Shown here in pieces: positions 8,433-16,250 of a DNA stretch of 64,000 nucleotides. This stretch comes from Limisphaerales bacterium (GTDB lineage Bacteria > Verrucomicrobiota > Verrucomicrobiia > Limisphaerales > JBGAJN01). The stretch is taken from positions 204,705 to 268,704 of the forward strand of contig JBGAJN010000001.1 of assembly GCA_044224905.1 (NCBI GenBank), given 5' to 3'. Below the pieces are notes generated by a model. It was not told the DNA's origin and did not search any database. It saw only the letters and a program-made list of their open reading frames with translations. Within the stretch, counting starts at the first letter, position 1; each line of letters begins with the position of its first letter. A program made the position numbers and the translations under genes.

Positions 8433-9113
8433 TCAAGCCGATCGACGTCTCTGATACCACCAACGGCCGATCGTCCACGCCATCGGTGCCAACGCGACCA
8501 AAAGAATCCACCGGCTACGTTTGAGAAACAGGATCACGCGCTTGAGCGCAGTCGGCTGATAGCCCGTGTCGAAAAGGTAGTCCGGCTCGAAGCGCGTGAA
8601 GTCCACCTCGTGCTTCTCGCCGTTCATTTCAAACTCGCCTTTCACCGTATGGCGCTCGCCGAAGTCGTTGAAGAAATCGAACTCAACACTCACGTCCTCC
8701 GGGAAATCATCGAGCGGCTTGGTAAAGTTGAAATGAATCAACGCCGCCGCCGAGTGATAATCCTTCTGCGGCACCGATTCGCCCACGTCCGCCGCCCAAC
8801 CGAACCCGCCCGCTTCGCCGAGATCCGCTTCGCGTTGGTCGATCTTGAGAGCGACGTGTTTGCGCACGTAATCAAAAATCTCCGGCGCGTGCTGTTTGAG
8901 ATCCGCGCGCGTAATCATCCCGTTTCCACGCTCATCGAGCCGCGTAATCTTCAGCAACGTGACGAGATCAAAGGTGAAACGCGTTTCCAACTTGTCCGCG
9001 CTGATCCGAATGCGCGCGTAGCTGGTGTCGGGATTGTGGGCGATCGCCGCTAACGGAAGCCACAAAAAGGCGCAGACGGAACAAAACAACCTGCACCAAT
9101 TTAAAACCTTCAC
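8433..9113 (-). CDS. Hypothetical exported protein with a C-terminal membrane anchor
   Basis: A GTG at 9113 gives 'VKVLNWCRLFCSVCAFLWLPLAAIA|HNPD', a signal peptide with an AxA site that leaves His as the first mature residue. There is a C-terminal hydrophobic span 'WILLVALAPMAWTIGRWW' and an EF-hand-like loop 'DERGNGMITRAD'. The start is uncertain. Confidence 0.5.
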   Translation of the reverse strand: MKVLNWCRLFCSVCAFLWLPLAAIAHNPDTSYARIRISADKLETRFTFDLVTLLKITRLDERGNGMITRADLKQHAPEIFDYVRKHVALKIDQREADLGEAGGFGWAADVGESVPQKDYHSAAALIHFNFTKPLDDFPEDVSVEFDFFNDFGERHTVKGEFEMNGEKHEVDFTRFEPDYLFDTGYQPTALKRVILFLKRSRWILLVALAPMAWTIGRWWYQRRRSA

Positions 9114-9166
9114 CGCTGCAGAATTCTTTTGCGCCTTCTGTGCCTTTTCGTGGCCAGGACTGGAGC

Positions 9167-12100
9167 TCACTTCGCCTGCGGATCGAACTTGATCCACATC
9201 GGCGAAGCCCAGACGAGTTCGCCGTAGCTTTCGTGAGCCTGCTTCTTCTGCTCGCCGCGCACGTAGTAATAGCTCGTCTTGCCGGCCTCGGGATTCGGAT
9301 CGGTCCAAGTGAAGTTCACCTCAGCGGCGTTGGGCACGATGGAATGAATCTCCACGTCGTCCTTCACGATGGTCACCTTCTCGAATGGCGCGGTGCCGAT
9401 CAGCTTGATGCTCAACTTCGGCGCGGCGCTCACGGTGAATTCATCGCCCATCATGTAGGTCTTGCCGTTCGCCTTGCAGGTGTATTCGGCGATGATGTTG
9501 TCCGTCGCGCCGTAGGTGTGGCGCTGGCGCATTGCTTTCAACAATGCTTCACGCGAATTGTTCTCCGCATAAACCAGCGCGTAGCTGATGTGCGTCGAAC
9601 CGTGGTCGCTGCTCGATTGGAAGGACATCCGGTAGCCCTTCTTGAACGCGAGGTTCACGAAACCGAGCGGTTCCCAACCTCCAATGGAATCATCCGCCGT
9701 CGGGCAGCGCGGTGCGCCGGGGCGTTCGTAGTTCTGCCGCGCGCCTTGATAAATTTCCACCATCGGCTCGACCTGCGGATCCCAATCGCGCCAGTCGGTG
9801 CCCATGCTCGTGGCGCTCGTGTGCGACGCGCACACACCGTTGAACTGCTTCAGATACTTGTAGAGCATCTGCGTGTCAGGCGCGTGGCCGGGATCATTGC
9901 GACCGCTGATCGGCAGACGCGGAAGCGTGCGGACTCCGCGTTGCTCGAACACCACGTTGCGATGGCCCTCAGGGTAACGCACGCTGCGCTCGTAGGTGAA
10001 AGGCGGCTCAAATTTTCCCGCGATGCGGAAGGCGTCCGTGGTCTTCTGCGTAAGCCACCAAGTGTATTCACGGCCGCCGCCGTTGTCGTGATCGCCGCAG
10101 CCGAGCCAGTCCATAGCCGCCACGTCGACAGCGTAACGCCACATGTCTTCGAGCGGGCCGTCGTTGCCGCCGTCGCCGGAAATTTCCGTGTGACGATGAA
10201 ACTCGCCGCGGACGATTTGCAGTTGGCTGCCGTTGTAATTCATCCGATACGCGCGGGCCTTGGCGACTTCGGCGCGTTCCTTTTCGGTGTCAACAGTCGC
10301 CTTCGCACTCGCATTTGGCGCCGCCTTCGCGGGCTTGAGCGACGCGGTCACTTTGGCGGAAGGCATTTCGAGGCGGCTGAGATAGATGTCGTTGTCGAAC
10401 GGGTCGCTGCCGGAGTCGAGCGAAGCATTGCCGCCGCTGCCGCGCGTGATGTGGCGCGATTGGCGATGGTCACTCGAGTGCGCCACGATGATTCCGCCCT
10501 GCGGATGCGCGGCGACGGCCGGGACGTTGTAGAGCAAGTTGTCCGAGTTCGGCATCAGCACGGGGCCGATCCATTTCGCGCCGTCGAAGTAAACCGCGTG
10601 ATTCATCCAAACCGTGCCGAGTGGTGATTGGAAATTTCCCTCACGCGCGCGGGCCAACAACCACACGCGACCATCGCGATCAGCGACGACGCGACCGAGA
10701 TTGTTGTACGCGTTGGCGGGCGCGCCCTCGGCTTCTTCGCCGGGCTTGCGTTCTTCGGCACCACCAGCGCGATTGACTGGCAGATTGCCGGGACCGCGGC
10801 GCTTCTTTGCACCGGGCAAAGCGGTGGCTGGCGAAGTCTCAGGCGCCATCCATTTTCCATCAGCGAGCACGCGCAATCCGATCTGACGATCGCGATAAAG
10901 TCCGATGCCTTCGTCCTTCGCATACGCGCCCCAGTCCTTGCCCCACGTTTGGCCGCTCAGTTCCCAGCAGACCCAAAGCTGATTCGCGCCATCGTAGGTA
11001 ATGGCGGGACGCGCCTCGTATTGCGGCGTGTTGGCGGCGGGCTGCGCGGCCTTGGCCTTGCCACCGGATTCGAACTCCCGCACCCACACGTCGTAATCAC
11101 CCTTGTCGTAAGTGTCCCACGCGATGGCAATGCGGCCGTCGTGCGCGGCGGCGATGGCGGGCGTCCAGCACGAGCCGTTCTGTGTGCTCGCGCGAATTTC
11201 ATCGGACCAACCCTTGGCCGTTTGATGCTTGGCCAGAATGCGGAACACGCCGTCGCGCACGCCCTGCCACGCGACCCAAACGTTGCCCTTCGAATCTGCA
11301 ACAGCCACCGGACTCACGTCGCTCGCCGCGTTCTGCGAGACATTCACCGGCTCGGAAAGCTTTCCGTCGCTGAATGAACGCGCCCAGATTTCGAAATTCG
11401 CGGTGCCCTTGCCGTTCTGCCACGATTTGTTCTCGCTCCAGAAAATCCAGAGCGCGCCTTTGCCGTCGAGCGCGATCGCAGTCTTGTAGATGTCGCCCTG
11501 CCCCGCCGTGACAGCGATAGGTTCACCGGCTTTGCCATTTTTCACCACGCGCAGCCAGAGCTGATCGCCGCCGGGAAGCTTGGCGAGGAACGACAAATCC
11601 TTCGGCTCTGCGTCCCACGTCTTCGCGCGATCATCACGATCCAAACCGGGAGTGAAGCTGACATGCGCGATGTAGGTCGTGCCGTCATCTGCCACGGCGA
11701 TCGCCGGAAAATCATCGTCGGTGCGCTGGACGGTGAGCGGTTGGGTGGCGGCGGTGCGCTCGATGTCGACGGCGCCGTCGAGTTTTTCAGCAATCTTGCC
11801 GTAGGGAACTTCCGCGAGCTTGAATTCGAAATTGCCCTGCGCGGTCTTCACCGAAACGACGGAATCCTCAGTCACGTCCACGAGTCGGAGAATGACGCCG
11901 TTGTCGGCCATGATGCCGCCGGCTGCGGCTCCCGCCTTGCCCTTTTTCTTGCCCTTCTGCTGCTGCTGTTGCGCGCCCTTCTTCTGCTGATTGGAACGGC
12001 GCACAGTGAGCGGACGCGTCTCCGCTTTCCAGCCGGTCGTGCCCTCGACGACGTCCTTCTGCTGGAAACGCCAGCCGCTGATATTCGCCACCGAACCGGG

Positions 12101-12235
12101 CGCGACGGTCACGGTGCCGTCCCATTTCTTATTGCCGTCATCGGTCAGACCGAAGCGGATGCGAACGCCGACTTGGTCGGCGTGAACGGCGGAAAGACCG
12201 AACGCGAGGACAAGGAGGCAGATGAGTTTTTTCAT
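9167..12235 (-). CDS. Large secreted protein: repeat-rich (propeller-like) middle region and a C-terminal PHP/DUF3604-like metallo-phosphoesterase region
   Basis: The start is set at ATG 12235 (MKKLICLLVLAFGLSAVHA signal). Recurrent 'W-x-x-W' strand motifs (LWIFW, VWVAW, IAIAW, LWVCW). The C-terminus has 'EFHRHTEISGDG', 'GCGDHDNG', 'CASHTS', 'SSSDHGS' and 'TYGATD'. A K/Q-rich low-complexity stretch lies at 11915-11995. Confidence 0.7.
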   Translation of the reverse strand: MKKLICLLVLAFGLSAVHADQVGVRIRFGLTDDGNKKWDGTVTVAPGSVANISGWRFQQKDVVEGTTGWKAETRPLTVRRSNQQKKGAQQQQQKGKKKGKAGAAAGGIMADNGVILRLVDVTEDSVVSVKTAQGNFEFKLAEVPYGKIAEKLDGAVDIERTAATQPLTVQRTDDDFPAIAVADDGTTYIAHVSFTPGLDRDDRAKTWDAEPKDLSFLAKLPGGDQLWLRVVKNGKAGEPIAVTAGQGDIYKTAIALDGKGALWIFWSENKSWQNGKGTANFEIWARSFSDGKLSEPVNVSQNAASDVSPVAVADSKGNVWVAWQGVRDGVFRILAKHQTAKGWSDEIRASTQNGSCWTPAIAAAHDGRIAIAWDTYDKGDYDVWVREFESGGKAKAAQPAANTPQYEARPAITYDGANQLWVCWELSGQTWGKDWGAYAKDEGIGLYRDRQIGLRVLADGKWMAPETSPATALPGAKKRRGPGNLPVNRAGGAEERKPGEEAEGAPANAYNNLGRVVADRDGRVWLLARAREGNFQSPLGTVWMNHAVYFDGAKWIGPVLMPNSDNLLYNVPAVAAHPQGGIIVAHSSDHRQSRHITRGSGGNASLDSGSDPFDNDIYLSRLEMPSAKVTASLKPAKAAPNASAKATVDTEKERAEVAKARAYRMNYNGSQLQIVRGEFHRHTEISGDGGNDGPLEDMWRYAVDVAAMDWLGCGDHDNGGGREYTWWLTQKTTDAFRIAGKFEPPFTYERSVRYPEGHRNVVFEQRGVRTLPRLPISGRNDPGHAPDTQMLYKYLKQFNGVCASHTSATSMGTDWRDWDPQVEPMVEIYQGARQNYERPGAPRCPTADDSIGGWEPLGFVNLAFKKGYRMSFQSSSDHGSTHISYALVYAENNSREALLKAMRQRHTYGATDNIIAEYTCKANGKTYMMGDEFTVSAAPKLSIKLIGTAPFEKVTIVKDDVEIHSIVPNAAEVNFTWTDPNPEAGKTSYYYVRGEQKKQAHESYGELVWASPMWIKFDPQAK

Positions 12236-12317
12236 ACGCGATGAACGCTGGACGCAGGCAGACGGTGAATTGTTACGGGAAACTTTAGCGGGACGCCGCG
12301 CGCTGACCACGGAAAAA

Positions 12318-12836
12318 TTAACGCGGCAATTGCGGCAACTCCTTCGCCATCACCAACACGTCCTGATAAAGCCCGTCGACTTTACACGGATCGGGCCGGA
12401 TATCCTCGCGCGTGAAGCCGGCGGATTCGTACAGGCGGATCGCGGCGACATTCGAAGCGTGAACGGTCAACTCCACGCTCTCCAAATACACCTGCGCCGC
12501 GCGTTCCAACGCCGCGAGCAACAGGCGACGACCGATTCCGCGCTGACGAAACTCGCGTGCGACGCCCATGCCGAGCGTGCCCACGTGAGCACGCGATGGT
12601 TGGTCGATCCGGATGATGTCACACCAACCCACGACCTCGTGATTGCACTCCGCGACGAACTGAGGATTGCAGAACAGGAGATTTTGCAACACGTAGTCCC
12701 GCGTGGCTACGGGCGTCGGCACCACGGAGAACGCGAGCGACTGGCGTTCGCGACAGACCGCATCCATACAGGCGTGATAACTTTCGATGTGTTCCTCGCG
12801 GATCGGGACAACGGCGATCTCAGGCCCCGCGCTCAT
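12318..12836 (-). CDS. GNAT family N-acetyltransferase
   Basis: 172 aa. Acetyl-CoA motif 'VAREFRQRGIGRRLL' and a typical GNAT length. Confidence 0.85.
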   Translation of the reverse strand: MSAGPEIAVVPIREEHIESYHACMDAVCRERQSLAFSVVPTPVATRDYVLQNLLFCNPQFVAECNHEVVGWCDIIRIDQPSRAHVGTLGMGVAREFRQRGIGRRLLLAALERAAQVYLESVELTVHASNVAAIRLYESAGFTREDIRPDPCKVDGLYQDVLVMAKELPQLPR

Positions 12837-12840
12837 CCGC

Positions 12841-13407
12841 TCAACGCAGTTTGGCGACCTCGCGGTGACGCGAACACGAAACCAAATGATCGTTCACCAT
12901 GCCGCTCGCCTGCATGAAGGCGTAGCAGATGGTCGAGCCGACGAACTTGAATCCACGCTTGAGCAGATCCTTGCTCATCGCGTCGGACTCGGGCGTGCGT
13001 GCCGGAACGTCTTTCATTTCACGGCGCGCGTTCTGGATGGGTTTGCCACCGACAAACTGCCAGAGGTAGCGATCGAAGCTGCCGAAGTCCTCGCGGACGG
13101 CCAAGAATGCTTTCGCATTTTGGATCGTGGCCGCGATCTTCAGGCGGTTGCGGATAATGCCGGGGTCAGCGAGGAGTTGCGCCACTTTCCGCGCGTCGTA
13201 GCGGGCGATTTTCTTCGCATCGAATTGATCGAACGCCGCACGATAATTCTCCCGCTTCTTCAAAACGGTGGACCAACTCAAGCCCGCCTGCGCCCCTTCA
13301 AGGATGAGCAATTCAAATAACGCCCGATCGTCATGCAGCGGCACACCCCACTCGGTGTCGTGGTAAGCGATGTCGGGTTCTTTGGTTGGCCAGGGGCAAC
13401 GCGGCAT
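12841..13407 (-). CDS. tag: DNA-3-methyladenine glycosylase I
   Basis: The start is set at ATG 13407 (MPRCPWP), just after the upstream stop at 13421. 'YHDTEWGVPLHDDRALFELLILEGAQAGLSWSTVLKKRENYR' is diagnostic for Tag. Confidence 0.9.
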   Translation of the reverse strand: MPRCPWPTKEPDIAYHDTEWGVPLHDDRALFELLILEGAQAGLSWSTVLKKRENYRAAFDQFDAKKIARYDARKVAQLLADPGIIRNRLKIAATIQNAKAFLAVREDFGSFDRYLWQFVGGKPIQNARREMKDVPARTPESDAMSKDLLKRGFKFVGSTICYAFMQASGMVNDHLVSCSRHREVAKLR

Positions 13408-13420
13408 GAGCGTGCAGAAG

Positions 13421-14275
13421 TTATGAAGCGGCGACAGCGGTCTGCGATTGTTCGCCGAGATTTTCGATGCCGAGCTCCACGCGGTCGCCGGGCTTGAGGA
13501 AGACGGGCGGCTTGAAACCGAGCCCGACACCGGGCGGCGTGCCGGTGCTGATCACGTCGCCGGGCAACAGCGTCATGAACTGGCTGATGTAGCTCACGAG
13601 CTTGGTCACGCCGAAAACCATCTGGCGCGTGCTGCTATTCTGCACGGTGCGGCCATTGACCTTGAGCCACATCGCGAGCGCGTGCGGATCGGGAATTTCA
13701 TCACGCGTGGCGAGAACCGGGCCGAGCGGGGCGAACGTGTCGCAACTCTTGCCCTTCACCCATTGCCCGCCGCGTTCAAGCTGCCACTCGCGTTCGCTGT
13801 AGTCGTTGTGCAACGCGTAGCCCGCGACGTGTGACAACGCATCGGCTTCGCTCACGTAGCTCGCGCGCTTGCCAATGACGATCGCCAGCTCGACTTCCCA
13901 GTCCGTCTTCTGCGAAGCGCGCGGGATGATCACGTTGTCGTTCGGTCCGCAAAGGGCCGTGGTGGCTTTGAAGAACAGGATGGGCTCCGGCGGGATCGGC
14001 ATGCCGGATTCCTTCGCGTGATCGGCGTAATTCAAGCCGACGCACACGATCTTGCTCGGACGTTGAATCGGTGCACCCAGACGAACCGAGTGGGCCACGA
14101 CCGGCGCCTTGTCGGCATTCACACCCGCCCACGCGGCGAGACGACTCAAACCGTCGCCGCCGAGAAACGCTTCACCGTAATCTTCACCGAACGCCGAAGC
14201 GTCGATGCGTTTGCCGTTGGAAAGAAGGAGGCCGGGCTTTTCTTTGCCGGGCTCGCCAAAGCGGATGAGTTTCAT
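13421..14275 (-). CDS. Fumarylacetoacetate hydrolase (FAH) family protein
   Basis: 'MKLIRFG...GKEKPGLL', 'KIVCVGLNYADHAKE', 'DWEVELAIVIGK' and 'GDVISTGTPPGVG'. Confidence 0.9.
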   Translation of the reverse strand: MKLIRFGEPGKEKPGLLLSNGKRIDASAFGEDYGEAFLGGDGLSRLAAWAGVNADKAPVVAHSVRLGAPIQRPSKIVCVGLNYADHAKESGMPIPPEPILFFKATTALCGPNDNVIIPRASQKTDWEVELAIVIGKRASYVSEADALSHVAGYALHNDYSEREWQLERGGQWVKGKSCDTFAPLGPVLATRDEIPDPHALAMWLKVNGRTVQNSSTRQMVFGVTKLVSYISQFMTLLPGDVISTGTPPGVGLGFKPPVFLKPGDRVELGIENLGEQSQTAVAAS

Positions 14276-14283
14276 GCGGGAAT

Positions 14284-15939
14284 TTAGCTGCGGTTCAACG
14301 CGCTGAGCACCGCCTTGATGGAAGCGAGTTCGATGTTCGTGTCGACGGCGGCGCCCCAGCGGATTTTGCCGTCGGCGAGTTTGATCTGAATATAGGCAAT
14401 CGCCACCGCGCCTTCACCGGCACTGAGCGAATGCTCGCGATACGCGGCGACTTCGAACTTCGGCGCACCAGCCGTCTGCAATGCCTGCACCAACGCAGCG
14501 ATCGGACCGTTCCCCTCGCCCACCAAGGAAATCTCTTTCCCGTCGCGAGTCGCGCTCGCGCGGCAACGGAATTTTCCGTCCACGCCGTCGGCATGGAAGT
14601 GAATGAGATTCCACGGCGAGGAGCGCTCGATGTATTCGCGCCAGAACATCGCCTTGAGTTCCTCGGCTTTCACTTCGCGACCGAGCGCATCGACGAGATC
14701 GTTCGCGATGGGTCCGAATTCGCGCTGCATATCCTTCGGCAGCTCGATGCCGAACTGGCTTTCGAGAAGATAGGCCACGCCGCCTTTGCCGGACTGCGAA
14801 TTCACGCGGATCACCTCGCGGTATTCGCGACCAATGTCCGACGGATCGATCGTGAGATACGGCACGTCCCAATGCGTCCGGCCGCCCTTTTCCCATTCGC
14901 TCAGGCCCTTCTTGATCGCGTCCTGATGCGAGCCGCTGAACGCCGTGAATACCAATTCGCCCGCATACGGATGGCGCGGCGGCACGGTGAGTCCGGTGCA
15001 ACGTTCATACACGTCGCGAATCGCGCTCAGGTCGGTGAAGTCGAGCTTGGGATCGATGCCGTGCATGTAGAGATTCATCGCCACAGTGACGACGTCGAGA
15101 TTGCCGGTGCGCTCACCGTTGCCGAAGAGCGTGCCTTCGACGCGGTCCGCGCCCGCCAGCAAGCCGAGCTCCGTCGCGGCCGTGCCGGTGTTACGATCGT
15201 TGTGCGTGTGGAGCGAAACGATGAGCGACTCACGATTCTTGATGTTGCGGCACATCCACTCGATCTGGTCGGCGTACACATTCGGCATCGCGACCTCGAC
15301 CGTGTCAGGCAGATTCAAAATCATTTTCCGCTGAGGCGTCGGTTGCCAGACGTCCATCACGGCTTCGGAAACTTCCTTCGCGAACTCAACTTCCGTCGCG
15401 GAGAAACTTTCGGGCGAATACTGGAGCGTCACGTCAGTGCCCTGGAGGCGATGCAAGCGTTCCTGAATCAACCGCGCGCCGTTCACCGCGATGGCTTTGA
15501 TCTCGTCCTTCGTCTTGCCGAACACCACGCGGCGCTGCGCTGGCGAGGTCGAGTTATACATGTGAATGACCACACGCTTCGCGCCCTTCAGCGACTCGAA
15601 GGTTTTCTCGATCAAATCCTCGCGCGCCTGGACGAGCACCTGAATGGTCACGTCGCCGGGGACGTGCCCGTCTTCGATGAGCAGGCGATTAAACCGGAAC
15701 TCGGTATTCGACGCGGACGGAAAGCCGACTTCGATTTCCTTGAAGCCGCATTTCACGAGGGTCTGAAACAGCTCAAGCTTCTGCGCGATGTTCATCGGCA
15801 CGGCGAGCGCCTGATTGCCGTCGCGGAGGTCCACGCTGCACCACAGCGGCGCGCGTGTAAGGACGCGCGACGGCCATTGACGGTCGGGCAGGTTCACCGG
15901 CGGAAACGGCCGGTACTTGGTCGCGGGATTATTTAACAT
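14284..15939 (-). CDS. leuA: 2-isopropylmalate synthase (long form)
   Basis: The start is set at ATG 15939 (MLNNPATKYRPF). 'WCSVDLRDGNQAL', 'SLHTHNDRNTGTAA' and a C-terminal LeuA dimerisation/regulatory region. Confidence 0.95.
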   Translation of the reverse strand: MLNNPATKYRPFPPVNLPDRQWPSRVLTRAPLWCSVDLRDGNQALAVPMNIAQKLELFQTLVKCGFKEIEVGFPSASNTEFRFNRLLIEDGHVPGDVTIQVLVQAREDLIEKTFESLKGAKRVVIHMYNSTSPAQRRVVFGKTKDEIKAIAVNGARLIQERLHRLQGTDVTLQYSPESFSATEVEFAKEVSEAVMDVWQPTPQRKMILNLPDTVEVAMPNVYADQIEWMCRNIKNRESLIVSLHTHNDRNTGTAATELGLLAGADRVEGTLFGNGERTGNLDVVTVAMNLYMHGIDPKLDFTDLSAIRDVYERCTGLTVPPRHPYAGELVFTAFSGSHQDAIKKGLSEWEKGGRTHWDVPYLTIDPSDIGREYREVIRVNSQSGKGGVAYLLESQFGIELPKDMQREFGPIANDLVDALGREVKAEELKAMFWREYIERSSPWNLIHFHADGVDGKFRCRASATRDGKEISLVGEGNGPIAALVQALQTAGAPKFEVAAYREHSLSAGEGAVAIAYIQIKLADGKIRWGAAVDTNIELASIKAVLSALNRS

Positions 15940-15992
15940 GGCTTCGTTATGTTCGTTGTTGCTCCGAGCCGCTGCGCGCAAACCGGTGGCGG

Positions 15993-16028
15993 AAAACAAA
16001 AACCCCACCGCCGTTTGCGGCAGTGGGG
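15993..16028 (-). terminator. Intrinsic terminator in the leuA 5' leader (attenuator terminator)
   Basis: The minus-sense RNA is CCCCACUGCC-GCAAAC-GGCGGUGGGG followed by UUUUUGUUUU. This is a 10-bp stem (one G-U) with a 6-nt loop, ending 53 nt upstream of the leuA ATG. Confidence 0.75.
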
Positions 16029-16050
16029 TCTCGAAATTCGGTGACGCGAA

Positions 16051-16122
16051 TCAAGCCCCGACTGCCGCGCTGCTAAGCAGCAGCACGTTGGCAAGCAGCA
16101 GGCCGTTCAATTCGCGATTCAC
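16051..16122 (-). promoter_or_regulatory. Candidate leucine-rich leader peptide ORF of a leuA transcription attenuator
   Basis: The minus-sense frame reads (GTG)V N R E L N G L L L A N V L L L S S A A V G A stop, with two CTG-CTG-CTT triplets (16093-16101 and 16075-16083). The same frame is open back to an ATG at 16230 (59 aa, below the ORF-track cutoff), so the start is uncertain. The last codons (16056-16068) can pair with the 5' arm of the terminator. Confidence 0.5.
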
Positions 16123-16250
16123 AAGGCCACAGATAGTCCGCCCGCACGCAAGGGTCAAACCAATTCTAGCCGTCACACAATTGACACTCGCCACCGGATA
16201 CGCGGCTGGTAGTCTTCCCGCCCGCGTCATAATTGCCGCGTCGATGGTTT

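Noticed and set aside
9140-10627. 495-aa plus-strand ORF and other long antisense ORFs (14431-15936, 16605-18038, 21300-22715, 33473-35125, 37032-38411, 41555-43183, 46658-47959, 47773-49407, 57807-58592)
   Set aside because: Each lies entirely antisense to a gene with strong family motifs (large secreted protein, leuA, ppk, oxidoreductase, ABC permease, PL10-like, pyrR/pyrB, beta-helix, FAD oxidoreductase, DUF1537 kinase). Their translations are low-complexity and Arg/His/Ala-rich. They are treated as GC-driven open frames.
16051-16230. 59-aa ATG-initiated ORF upstream of leuA considered as a bona fide protein gene
   Set aside because: It has no recognisable fold or motif, and its 5' part overlaps the ppk start region and a plausible promoter. 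The informative part is the 3' end with the two Leu triplets adjoining the antiterminator/terminator, so it is treated as a regulatory leader with an uncertain start.
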